A DNA stretch of 64,000 nucleotides, taken from NCBI GenBank assembly GCA_964486505.1, contig CAZAMC010000001.1, forward strand, positions 106,133 through 170,132, given 5' to 3'. Both the position numbers and the translations under genes were made by a program. The first letter of the stretch is position 1, and every line of letters starts with the position of its first letter. The notes under the pieces are model-generated. The model saw only the letters and a list, made by a program, of their open reading frames with translations, was not told the origin of the DNA and made no database searches. Source of the stretch: an uncultured Gammaproteobacteria bacterium. Lineage in GTDB: Bacteria; Patescibacteriota; Patescibacteriia; PEXW01. Below are positions 1 through 8,651 of the stretch, one piece after another.

Positions 1-2
1 AG

Positions 3-2180
3 GTGCTCCGCGCGCTCGGGTACCCGGTGCCCCGACGCGCTGCCGCTCGGACGCTCATGCTGTCCGAAATTACAAGGTACGTTCCTGGAAACGTCTGGAG
101 TGTTCTTGGACGAATTGGCTTAAGTACCAAACAGGGCATTCCTGCAGATCGGGCATTCATCGCTACTGTCGCCGAGATTTTGGCACTCTTGACCGCGTCA
201 CTCATCGTTGGCGGCGGCTTCGCTGTGCTTGCGGACGGGGTGCCAACGTGGGTTCGTTACGGCGCAATTATTGGGGGAGTAGTTGCTTTGATTCTTGCCT
301 TTGCATTTAGCCGGCTTGATCGGGCGTTGCAGTGGGTGCTCAAGCGCTTACGTCGTGAAGGTATGGTATGGAATTTTCCGGCGCGCGCTTTCCTCCGCAC
401 GGTAACGACATTTGTTATCGCGTGGGCAGGATTTACGTTTGGCAGTTACGCGATTGCCGCTGCTTTTTTGAAGTTGCAACCAGGCACCGCGCTACTGCTT
501 CTTGCAACATTTCCGATCGCCTGGTTTCTGGGGTATGCAAGTTTCGTTACCCCGAGTGGACTTGGTGTTCGGGAGGCGGCCGTGGCAGTTCTCCTGGCGC
601 CCGTGTACGGTAGCGTGGGGGCGATTATTGCAACATACTCACGCATTGCCATGACGGTTGTTGAACTGGCCTGGGTTGGCGGCAGCGCGTGGCACGATGT
701 CTGGCAGGGGTTGCAAGTGGCCTGGCGCTGGCTACGGAGCCCTCGCGGCGTGGTGGTGGTAGCCACTGCGGCTTTTGCTGTGTACTTCAGCATCATTACT
801 TGCGGTATGCACGCTAAGGTCATAACGAGCCGATTTGACCTGGGGAACATGACCCAGACGGTGTGGAACACCAGCCAGGGTCGCTTCTTTGAATTTACCA
901 ACCCCTACGGAACAAACCTGGCAGAGCGGTTCATCCACCATGGGGATATCCTGCTGGTGCTCTTTGCTCCAGTTTACTGGGTGTTTGCTAGCCCCTACGT
1001 GCTTCTCGTTGCCCAAGCACTCATTGTGGCTCTCGGCGGCTGGTTAGTCTTTAAGCTTGCCCGAAAGGTCCTTGGGCATGAGTGGCTCGCTGCAGTCTTG
1101 GCACTGAGCTACCTATTTTACCCAACTCTCCAGCGCGCAGTAATGTTTGATTTTCATGCCCTCACCTTAGGTGCTACATTTGCGGTGGGACTCGCCTGGG
1201 CTTACGTCGAGCGCCGCTGGCGGTGGTTTGCAGTATTTGCCGTACTCCTTTCCATGAGCAAAGAAGAGTTACCCGTAATGGTTGCGACGTTTGGCGTGCT
1301 TATGCTCTGGCGGGACTGGAAAGACGTTCGAATACGTCGCATTGCTTTTGCGACAGTTGCCATGCCGTTGGTGTACTTTGGGATTATGTACTTTGCTATC
1401 ATGCCGGCGGCGCGTAATGATCAGCCGAGCAAGTACGTGGTACAATACGATGTTCTTGGTGATTCACCGAAAGAGATGTTGCAAACCGTTTTGGATGAAC
1501 CAAGGCTGTTTCTCTCGATGGTCGCCGGTGCGCAAGCTCGTCACATGTACGCGGGTCAGCTGGGTCCGGTAGGCTTCTTGCCATTGGCAAGCCCGCTCTG
1601 GCTCGTGAGTGCATGGCCAGACTACGTCGTGAATCTCTTCAATGAGCGTATTGAACCTCGGTTGATGATTTATCATTACCAAGCAACAATTGGTGGATTT
1701 GTTTTCGTCGCCACCATCTTTGGCATTGGCGCGCTCCGGCGGCGTCTGGGGCCATGGTGGGCACGCGCGGGCAGACGCTGGACGCGGGTATCACTCGAAG
1801 GACTAGTCATTGTCTATCTCCTCGTTGTAGGTGGAGTAGAGTCGTACCGCCTGAGCCCCTTACCCTACAGCCAAACGAAGGACATGCGCGTTTTCTGGCC
1901 CGCACCCATGGCTCCCGTCATCCACGAGGCGGTCGCGCAGGTTCCGGATAACGCTCGCGTCTCGGCAACGAATACAGTTGGAGCGCAGCTTGCGCACCGA
2001 CAGTATCTGTACCACTTTCCCAACGGCATTGGGGAAGCCGACTACATCCTTATTTTGATGGCAAAAACAGGGACCTTGGAGTGGGAGCGTAACCATGTGC
2101 AAGCGGAATCACTCGTGACCGATACCCGGTACGAGCTCGTTACCGAGTACCGGAATTTCCGCATGTACAAGAAGCGGTAG
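3..2180 (+). CDS. Integral membrane protein, 5'-truncated at window edge. The N-terminal part resembles the flippase-like UPF0104/LPG-synthase TM region and the C-terminal half resembles DUF2079.
   Basis: ORF runs from the window edge and is strongly hydrophobic throughout. Motif ITRYVPGNVWSVLGRIGL is typical of the flippase-like domain. HGDILLVLFAPVYW...LIVALGGWLVFKLAR...YLFYPTL matches the DUF2079 pattern from memory. Confidence 0.55.
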   Translation: MLRALGYPVPRRAAARTLMLSEITRYVPGNVWSVLGRIGLSTKQGIPADRAFIATVAEILALLTASLIVGGGFAVLADGVPTWVRYGAIIGGVVALILAFAFSRLDRALQWVLKRLRREGMVWNFPARAFLRTVTTFVIAWAGFTFGSYAIAAAFLKLQPGTALLLLATFPIAWFLGYASFVTPSGLGVREAAVAVLLAPVYGSVGAIIATYSRIAMTVVELAWVGGSAWHDVWQGLQVAWRWLRSPRGVVVVATAAFAVYFSIITCGMHAKVITSRFDLGNMTQTVWNTSQGRFFEFTNPYGTNLAERFIHHGDILLVLFAPVYWVFASPYVLLVAQALIVALGGWLVFKLARKVLGHEWLAAVLALSYLFYPTLQRAVMFDFHALTLGATFAVGLAWAYVERRWRWFAVFAVLLSMSKEELPVMVATFGVLMLWRDWKDVRIRRIAFATVAMPLVYFGIMYFAIMPAARNDQPSKYVVQYDVLGDSPKEMLQTVLDEPRLFLSMVAGAQARHMYAGQLGPVGFLPLASPLWLVSAWPDYVVNLFNERIEPRLMIYHYQATIGGFVFVATIFGIGALRRRLGPWWARAGRRWTRVSLEGLVIVYLLVVGGVESYRLSPLPYSQTKDMRVFWPAPMAPVIHEAVAQVPDNARVSATNTVGAQLAHRQYLYHFPNGIGEADYILILMAKTGTLEWERNHVQAESLVTDTRYELVTEYRNFRMYKKR

Positions 2181-2181
2181 T

Positions 2182-3258
2182 ATGGCCAAGATTGCGGTCG
2201 CCATGTCTGGAGGAGTTGATTCATCTGTTGCCGCACTACTCTTGCAGCGCGCTGGGCACACCGTGCATGGGATTTTCATGAAGAACTACGAACCGCCGCC
2301 GAATAGCAATCAGCCATGCCCCTGGGAGGCGGACCAGGCCGATGTGGCAGCCGTATGCGAACACCTGGGCATTCCTTGGGAATCCTGGAATTTTGAGCAG
2401 GAGTACAAGCAGCGCGTGCTGGAGTACTTCTTCCGTGAATACGAGGCCGGGCGTACACCGAACCCCGATGTGATGTGTAATCGGGAAGTGAAATTCGGCG
2501 TGTTCTTTACTCGTGCAAAAGCAGAGGGCTTCGAGGCAATTGCCACCGGCCACTACGCCCGTATACGCGAATCGAAAGGCCTACACCACCTCCTTGCAGG
2601 GCGCGATGCAAACAAGGACCAATCCTATTTCTTGCACGCCCTTGGCCAGGATACGCTGGCCGCTACGTACTTTCCGGTGGGGGAATATGAAAAGCCCGCC
2701 GTTCGTGCTCTGGCTCAGGAAGCCGGATTACCAACGGCGACAAAACCCGATAGCCAGGGCATTTGCTTCATCGGCCAAGTTGACGTAGCCGAGTTTTTGC
2801 GAGGGCATATTTCTACCGTCGGTGGCCCAATTGTCACTGCTGATGGCGAGTATGTGGGTGAACATCACGGTCTACCGTACTACACCATTGGTCAGCGTCA
2901 CGGTTTGGGTGTGGGTGGGGGCGTGCCGTACTACGTTGCCGAGAAAAACGTTAATACGAATACACTCATCGTTGCTCGGGGTGACCGTGACCCCGTGCTC
3001 TACGCCAGTGGGCTCGTCGCTTCACAATCAACGTGGGTACTTGGAACGCCACCATCAAAGAACTTTACCTGTCAGGCGCGAATTCGTTATCGGCAACCGC
3101 TGGAAGAATGCGCCGTCGAGCTAACTTCTACCGGGGTACAGGTGCAGTTCAAAAACCCTCAACGCGCAATTACGCCAGGTCAGGCAATTGTTTTCTATTC
3201 TGGTGAGGAATGCTTAGGCGGAGCAACAATTGAGGTAGCTGCCGCCCACTCACTCTAG
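2182..3258 (+). CDS. mnmA: tRNA-specific 2-thiouridylase MnmA
   Basis: N-terminal PP-loop AVAMSGGVDSSVAA. Conserved MnmA blocks NPDVMCN, KDQSYFL and GICFIG are present. Length 358 aa. Confidence 0.9.
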   Translation: MAKIAVAMSGGVDSSVAALLLQRAGHTVHGIFMKNYEPPPNSNQPCPWEADQADVAAVCEHLGIPWESWNFEQEYKQRVLEYFFREYEAGRTPNPDVMCNREVKFGVFFTRAKAEGFEAIATGHYARIRESKGLHHLLAGRDANKDQSYFLHALGQDTLAATYFPVGEYEKPAVRALAQEAGLPTATKPDSQGICFIGQVDVAEFLRGHISTVGGPIVTADGEYVGEHHGLPYYTIGQRHGLGVGGGVPYYVAEKNVNTNTLIVARGDRDPVLYASGLVASQSTWVLGTPPSKNFTCQARIRYRQPLEECAVELTSTGVQVQFKNPQRAITPGQAIVFYSGEECLGGATIEVAAAHSL

Positions 3259-4052
3259 GGTCGAATTGTTGGAGCTTGGCGGGCTTTTCTCCAGGCAAAG
3301 ACGACAACGGCGACGAGCAGCACTACCCCAACCAGGATGAGAATGAGTCCGGTTCGGCCATCGCCCGAAGGTTCGGCGGCTGATGCATTCACGTTCGTCG
3401 TATCGGTGTTCGTATCGGCAGCGACGGTATTGGTATTGTCGTTTACATTCTGATTGAAAAGGCTTTCCGAAGTGTTCGTATTCGTTGTCGCGTTTGTATT
3501 CTTATTGGCGTTCGTGTTCTTATTCGTATTTGCGTTTTTGTTCAGCGTTGTATTGGTGTTCTTGTTCGCATTTTTGTTTACCGTTGTGTTCACGTTCTTA
3601 TTCGTGTTCACGTTGGCATTCGCGTTTGCATTGGCATTGCTATTGAGGTTGCTATTCACCGTTGTGTTGGTATTCGTTGCTGTCCCGGTGGTCGGTAAGA
3701 TGGCATCCGTGCTCACTGCTTCGTTTCCTGCCTGGTCCTTTGATCGAACGCGATAGTGGTACTGTGTTCCTGCCGTTAAACCGAGCACAGTCACACTGTG
3801 TGTCGTTACGTACGAACCATCCCCGAGGGTATTGCCGTATACGTCTGTAGGGCCGAAATCCACATAGCTTGTCGCGGCCTCGTTCGTTGTCCAGCTCACG
3901 ACCGCCGACGTTGACGTCGTCGAACTCACGCCTACCCCAGTAATTGTTGGCTTGGTTACGTCGGCTGAGGTGTTGGTTTGAGCTAGTGCGCCGGGGGCCA
4001 GGATGAGGCTGAAGAAGCACACCGCGACAAGAAATTTGCGCATATGGTACAA
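3255..4052 (-). CDS. Secreted, anchored protein: signal peptide, fibronectin-III-like domain, Asn/Thr-rich low-complexity repeat, C-terminal TM anchor with basic tail
   Basis: N-terminal hydrophobic signal (FLVAVCFFSLILAPGALA). Fn3-like segment (SAVVSWTTNEAATSYVDFGPT...QYHYRVRSKDQAGN). Then NTN/NAN/NKN repeats. Then GLILILVGVVLLVAVVVFAWRKARQ. Confidence 0.6.
   Translation of the reverse strand: MYHMRKFLVAVCFFSLILAPGALAQTNTSADVTKPTITGVGVSSTTSTSAVVSWTTNEAATSYVDFGPTDVYGNTLGDGSYVTTHSVTVLGLTAGTQYHYRVRSKDQAGNEAVSTDAILPTTGTATNTNTTVNSNLNSNANANANANVNTNKNVNTTVNKNANKNTNTTLNKNANTNKNTNANKNTNATTNTNTSESLFNQNVNDNTNTVAADTNTDTTNVNASAAEPSGDGRTGLILILVGVVLLVAVVVFAWRKARQAPTIRP
3440..3670. repeat. Imperfect short tandem DNA repeats encoding the Asn/Thr/Ala/Lys low-complexity region of the 3255-4052 protein
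   Basis: Reiterated GTT(C/G)TT(A/G)TT-type units are visible in the sequence. They produce a poly-Phe/Val/Leu shadow ORF on the opposite strand (3454-3756). Confidence 0.6.
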
Positions 4053-4084
4053 TCCTTTCTACTCGCAGTATACCATAGCTCAGT

Positions 4085-4708
4085 ATGAACGAAAAACGGC
4101 AAAACCTTGCCATAATCGCGGCCGTCGCGGCCGTCATTGTCATAGCTGGCGTGCTCATCTGGTCGGGGACCTGGTCCAAGAAGGATTCCACCGCACAAGT
4201 AAATTCCTCCACTTCGCAAAGTAACGTGAATGCTATGCAGTACTCGTTTCCAGGGGTTTTACCCAGTGAACGTATTGAAAACAAGAAAGTAATCATTACC
4301 ACGTCGAAAGGAACAATAGAGTTCGATCTGCTTGCAGACGCCGCGCCAAAGTCGGTGAGCAACTTTGTGTACTTAGCCGAGGCTGGATTTTACGACGGCC
4401 TCACCTTTCACCGGGTGGAACCGGGATTCGTCATTCAGGGTGGCGATCCAGCCGGAACCGGGAGTGGGGGCCCAGGCTACCAATTTGAGGACGAACCCGT
4501 ACAGGGGGAATATGTTGAAGGCGCGGTTGCCATGGCGAATGCCGGACCCGATACGAACGGCTCCCAGTTCTTCATTACTTTGGGCGACCAGAGCAAAAAC
4601 CTTACGAAAAGCTATAACCTTTTTGGTAAGGTCACCAAAGGCCTGGATGTCGTTAAGAAGATCGCCGTAGGCGACGTCATGCAAACCGTACGGATCACTT
4701 CACGCTAG
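4085..4708 (+). CDS. Cyclophilin-type peptidyl-prolyl cis-trans isomerase with N-terminal membrane anchor
   Basis: FHRVEPGFVIQGGDP...GPGYQFEDE...MANAGPDTNGSQFFITL are canonical cyclophilin motifs. N-terminal hydrophobic helix IIAAVAAVIVIAGVLIW. Confidence 0.85.
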   Translation: MNEKRQNLAIIAAVAAVIVIAGVLIWSGTWSKKDSTAQVNSSTSQSNVNAMQYSFPGVLPSERIENKKVIITTSKGTIEFDLLADAAPKSVSNFVYLAEAGFYDGLTFHRVEPGFVIQGGDPAGTGSGGPGYQFEDEPVQGEYVEGAVAMANAGPDTNGSQFFITLGDQSKNLTKSYNLFGKVTKGLDVVKKIAVGDVMQTVRITSR

Positions 4709-5650
4709 TGTAGCGTGGAGAATTGCCGGGTATCCACGAACGAAGGCGTGCGCGTCTACCGGTAATTTCCCCGGGTACTGTAGTCGTTGAATGACGAGGA
4801 TATCTTTGGTTGTGCCAATCGCAAAACCCTGCGGGTTACTTTGAGTTTTGCCTGCTGGTAAAGTGCCCGGGGCAACGGTGGCTGAGAGAACTTTAATGTC
4901 TTTGCCGTTCCAGCGAAACGTGGCACTCGGCCAAGGAGTGAAGGCCCGAACCATGCGCTCAAGCTCAACGGCCGGACGGTGGAATTGGAGCAGCCCATCG
5001 GCCCGAGAAATTTTTCGGGCGGTTGTCACACCCGTGCTGGGTTGGGGTTGCAGTGGTCGCTTCGCTTCTAGATACGGGCCCAGGTGTTCTGTGAGTAAGC
5101 GGGCGCTCCAGGTTGAGAGTTCCGTATTCAAGCTCATAGCTGTTGCGTCTGCCAGTATGGGAACGCGCACTTGCGCAAAGGTCGGACCAGTATCCATACC
5201 AGCATCAATGCGCATAAGGGTTACCCCCGTTTCAGCGTCACCCGCAAGCAGCGCGTGTTGGATTGGTGAGGCACCTCGCCAGCGTGGCAAAAGTGAGGCG
5301 TGGGTATTCACCCAGCCATGGGGAAAAAGCGAAAGTGCCGAAGCGGGTATGAGGAGGCCGTACGCGACAACAACCGCAACATCGGCGTGGAGCGGACGGA
5401 GCGTGGCAATGACTTCGGGTGATTTGAGACTGTCTGGCGTGAGTGTAAACACGTCATGTTCACGCGCCAGTTGGGCAACGGGACTATCTTGCATTTGCAA
5501 GCCCCGTCCGTGCGGTTTCGGTTTCTGGGTGAGCACCGCAACGACCTCAAACTGCGGATGCTCTAAGAGCACGCGCAACGACGGTACCGCGAACTCAGGC
5601 GTACCCGCGAAGAGAACTTTCCAGCGCTTACTCAATGCGAGGGCGCTCAC
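4700..5650 (-). CDS. fmt: Methionyl-tRNA formyltransferase
   Basis: KVLFAGTPEFAVPSL...VVAVLTQKPKPHGRG...HASLLPRWRGASPI are formyltransferase motifs. Likely GTG start near 5650. The ORF-track start at 5746 over-extends into def. Confidence 0.85.
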   Translation of the reverse strand: MSALALSKRWKVLFAGTPEFAVPSLRVLLEHPQFEVVAVLTQKPKPHGRGLQMQDSPVAQLAREHDVFTLTPDSLKSPEVIATLRPLHADVAVVVAYGLLIPASALSLFPHGWVNTHASLLPRWRGASPIQHALLAGDAETGVTLMRIDAGMDTGPTFAQVRVPILADATAMSLNTELSTWSARLLTEHLGPYLEAKRPLQPQPSTGVTTARKISRADGLLQFHRPAVELERMVRAFTPWPSATFRWNGKDIKVLSATVAPGTLPAGKTQSNPQGFAIGTTKDILVIQRLQYPGKLPVDAHAFVRGYPAILHATLA

Positions 5651-6110
5651 CTTTTGTGTACCGGCTAACCCGCGTGGTGAAGAGGATCCCATCAATGTGG
5701 TCCACTTCATGCTGGATGATGCGGGCAAAAAGCCCTTCGGCCACAACGGTTACGGGCTTGCCATGGCGATCGAGTGCTTCAACGGTAATACGCTTATACC
5801 GTTTCACCATGCCAAAAACCCCGGGAATTGATAGGCACCCTTCCTCCATGCTCTCTTTCCAAAGGGAATGCTTAGTAATCTTTGGGTTAACGTATGCCGT
5901 AGCGCCATCTTTGGTGGCAACAACAATTAGGCGTTTGCTCACGTCGATTTGGGGCGCGGCTAGGCCAATGCCATCGGCAATAAACATGGTTTCAACCATG
6001 TCGTCAATGAGCTTTTGCATTGCGGGTGACCCGAGCTCAGCCAGCTGCACCGGTGCGGCCGGTGTTCGGAGAATGCGATTGGGGATGATGACGATAGGTA
6101 AGCGAGGCAT
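5628..6110 (-). CDS. def: Peptide deformylase
   Basis: GIGLAAPQI, EGCLSIPG and HEVDH motifs are present. Start chosen at MPRLPIV (161 aa). Classic def-fmt order with short overlap. Confidence 0.85.
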   Translation of the reverse strand: MPRLPIVIIPNRILRTPAAPVQLAELGSPAMQKLIDDMVETMFIADGIGLAAPQIDVSKRLIVVATKDGATAYVNPKITKHSLWKESMEEGCLSIPGVFGMVKRYKRITVEALDRHGKPVTVVAEGLFARIIQHEVDHIDGILFTTRVSRYTKGERPRIE

Positions 6111-6141
6111 TGGGGTAGTGTACGCGTCCGTGCAGAAGCGG

Positions 6142-7860
6142 TCAAGAATCAATGTGTGGAGGGTCCACGGTGGCTTCCCAGGTAGGTTCCAGGGTCTTCC
6201 GCAAAAATTGGAGGAGTTTTGGACGAGCAGCTTTACTGCATCGAAGCACCCACTGGTTCTCACCGGTTTGCGATATGATGTCGGCAGGCAGTGCAGCAGC
6301 CGGCAGAGGCTGTACTGCGGTTTCCTGCAGCCGCAAACGTCTTCCTAGGGTGACGAGCGTGCCTTCGGGTGGGTAGAGAAGCTGCGCACGCTCAGCTTTC
6401 GTCTTCTGCAGCCAGGCGCCAAGGTCCTGGAGAAATTGGAGGGTTTGGTGGTCCGGCTGAAAAGTAGGGATGTACACCGTGCCTGTTGGAGCAACAAATT
6501 GCCGAACCAGCGCTAGAAGGTCCAGGAAATTTTCTTCACTTCGGTACTGGCCAGAGGTGAGCAAACTGTCCGGCTGGACAACGACGGCAGCTTCAAAGCG
6601 CTGCTGGATGTGCGCGGCGATTGCTGTAGTGGCAACGACGTGCAAAGTTTTTGGAAGAGTTCGTTGAAGTTTGCTAACGACAGAAACATCTGGCTCAACT
6701 GCCCGAATTTCTCGGGCAGTATGCAACAGGCCGTAGCCTCGCTGCACAAATGCAGCACTGTGACACACCGAGCAGGCGGCAGGTCCAAGCAGGCGAGTTC
6801 GGTCTTTCGGGCACCAGAGCTGCACTGGCTGGACACTCTGCACCTGTAACGGTGTCTGGCAGTTTGGGCAAGCAACCGGCGCTCCGCAGTCTTTACACAC
6901 GTACTTGCGGGATTCGTTGAGTCGGTTGTGAAGCCAGAGTGTACGCGTACTAGCTAAACGTTCCAGGAGGTGTGCTGGAATAATTGCCCCACGCATGGCC
7001 GGGGGCTCTGTAGAACGATCCAGAATTTGGACAGCGGCTTGAGCCCCGATGCTCTTTGTTACTGTATTCGGAAAAAGTGCCGCAACTTCGGGGTTAACGT
7101 ACCGCGCACAACCAACCAGGATTGCTCCGTTGAGGGCCGCAAGTTTTTCGGCAACCTGGCGAAGATCAACGCGCGGAGCCTGTTCAAATGCAAAGTACCC
7201 CGGATCGTCAGCCAGATCGATTATCACGCGGTGCAAGTGGGGGAGAGGGGAGTAGAGGCCGCTGTGCGTGGTGAGGAAGAATCGTTTTGCACTGAGCTCC
7301 GCATGTGCACGTTTACGACCCACGGCTGACAGTTCCCGTTGCAGCACCGTGGTTTGGGTTTCGGGTAATTTTTCTTGCCACAACCGCACGTACGCCTGCG
7401 AGGGACAGAGAATAAGCACGTGTTCTTGGGTACGGAGCAATTGTTGCACCCAGGAGGAAATGACCTGCTCGTGTGCCGGGAGGGTGGCGCAGAGGACAAG
7501 GCGTCGAGCTGAGACTTGGTCTTGAACTGCCCGTGTTAGCCTAGTGACCGTGGGGGTGAACAGTCTACCAACAACGTTTAAAGGAGTATTTGTCTCTTGA
7601 TGCAGCCACTGCATAAGCGCAAGCTGCGTGGAACTCAGCGCCGCTTCGGTGACCCGTTCTACGGGTTTACGTTTGCGCTCGCCCAAAGATGCGTCAAGCT
7701 TCCAGACAATACCGTCAATAGTTTGACGTCGAAAGGGAATGCGAACGACCATGCCGGGCTGAACGGCTATGGAGTTTGGCACTTCGTAATCCAGCACGGC
7801 GAGCGTTGGGATAACCCGGATGAGGGGTACCACCTGCACGATCGTGTGGGAAGTTTTCAC
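6142..7860 (-). CDS. priA: Primosomal protein N' (PriA) homologue with degenerate helicase motifs
   Basis: N-terminal 3'-DNA-binding domain (VPLIRVIPTLAVLDYEVP...VVRIPF) is present. Cys-rich zinc region CKDCGAPVACPNCQ...CPKDRTRLLGPAACSVCHS is present. Where Walker A GxGKT is expected the sequence is CATLPAHEQ. Where DEEH is expected it is IIDLADD. Confidence 0.7.
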   Translation of the reverse strand: MKTSHTIVQVVPLIRVIPTLAVLDYEVPNSIAVQPGMVVRIPFRRQTIDGIVWKLDASLGERKRKPVERVTEAALSSTQLALMQWLHQETNTPLNVVGRLFTPTVTRLTRAVQDQVSARRLVLCATLPAHEQVISSWVQQLLRTQEHVLILCPSQAYVRLWQEKLPETQTTVLQRELSAVGRKRAHAELSAKRFFLTTHSGLYSPLPHLHRVIIDLADDPGYFAFEQAPRVDLRQVAEKLAALNGAILVGCARYVNPEVAALFPNTVTKSIGAQAAVQILDRSTEPPAMRGAIIPAHLLERLASTRTLWLHNRLNESRKYVCKDCGAPVACPNCQTPLQVQSVQPVQLWCPKDRTRLLGPAACSVCHSAAFVQRGYGLLHTAREIRAVEPDVSVVSKLQRTLPKTLHVVATTAIAAHIQQRFEAAVVVQPDSLLTSGQYRSEENFLDLLALVRQFVAPTGTVYIPTFQPDHQTLQFLQDLGAWLQKTKAERAQLLYPPEGTLVTLGRRLRLQETAVQPLPAAALPADIISQTGENQWVLRCSKAARPKLLQFLRKTLEPTWEATVDPPHIDS

Positions 7861-8651
7861 ACGGGTTGCCAGCTAACGACGCTGTAGGCTGTACCGTATA
7901 GCACCGCGTTAACGTGCACAGTGGGTTCCAGACCGAGGGAACGGGTGCAGCCGGCAAGGAGGCTAACACTGAGCGTGCCACAAGAAAGCACATCCTGAAC
8001 AGTTTCGAGGGGTACACTTTCGAGAAAGTGCTGTAAACGCCGGGCTTTCATAGCGTTGGTCCAGTCTTTCCAGAACGTCTGGGCGTTTGCAGATACGCCG
8101 CTCGGCGATTCTGCGCTGCAGCGAGCAGCAATCTCGCCCGAAGCGAGAATGAGAATCCGCTCACGAGCATTCAGGAGTTCTCCATGCAGGAGTGAGCCGA
8201 AGTGGATGTGCTCCGAAGGTGGTTGCGTAGTGGTTGACAGTTCCACCCACCGCGGCTGCGGCTTGCAATCTTTCAAAAGTAAGGCCGGGATACTCAGGCC
8301 GTACGTAACGTGCGTTTCATGTGATGCCGCAACGTGGGCATGGGCTTCCACATGTTCTTTGAGGTGGTAGGCAAACTTTGGAGCAGCAGGAACATCGATG
8401 GTTGTTGAGAGGTCACCAAACTCCTCGAATGCGCCAAAATACTGTTTAGCAAGGTTGAACGTAAATTGCTTAGCGTTCGTTGGCGTATGTGGGTTAATGC
8501 ACAGGATAATGTCAGGTTGAAGAGCGTGGACCCACTCCGCTACCGTTTTGCACGCCCGAGCAATTTTTTCAAGCCGTTGTGCATGCGCGGGGTCCGTGGT
8601 TGGCAAAAGCAACGGCGTGTGCGGGAGCATTGCCGCGCCAATAATGCTCAT
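7857..8651 (-). CDS. LigB/Memo-like (class III extradiol dioxygenase superfamily) protein
   Basis: 264 aa with a His-rich N-terminal block (GAAMLPHTPLLL...ILCINPHTP). Several conserved His later (HAHVAASHETH). Family call from memory only. Confidence 0.4.
   Translation of the reverse strand: MSIIGAAMLPHTPLLLPTTDPAHAQRLEKIARACKTVAEWVHALQPDIILCINPHTPTNAKQFTFNLAKQYFGAFEEFGDLSTTIDVPAAPKFAYHLKEHVEAHAHVAASHETHVTYGLSIPALLLKDCKPQPRWVELSTTTQPPSEHIHFGSLLHGELLNARERILILASGEIAARCSAESPSGVSANAQTFWKDWTNAMKARRLQHFLESVPLETVQDVLSCGTLSVSLLAGCTRSLGLEPTVHVNAVLYGTAYSVVSWQPV

Noticed and set aside
3454-3756. 100-aa poly-Phe/Val/Leu ORF
   Set aside because: Reverse-strand reading of the Asn/Thr repeat DNA. It is an artefact of the tandem repeat.
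4848-5831. 327-aa plus-strand ORF
   Set aside because: Antisense to fmt/def. Composition (Ser/Arg/Ala-rich) typical of a GC shadow frame.
5635-6348. 237-aa plus-strand ORF
   Set aside because: Antisense to def and the 3' end of priA. No RBS.
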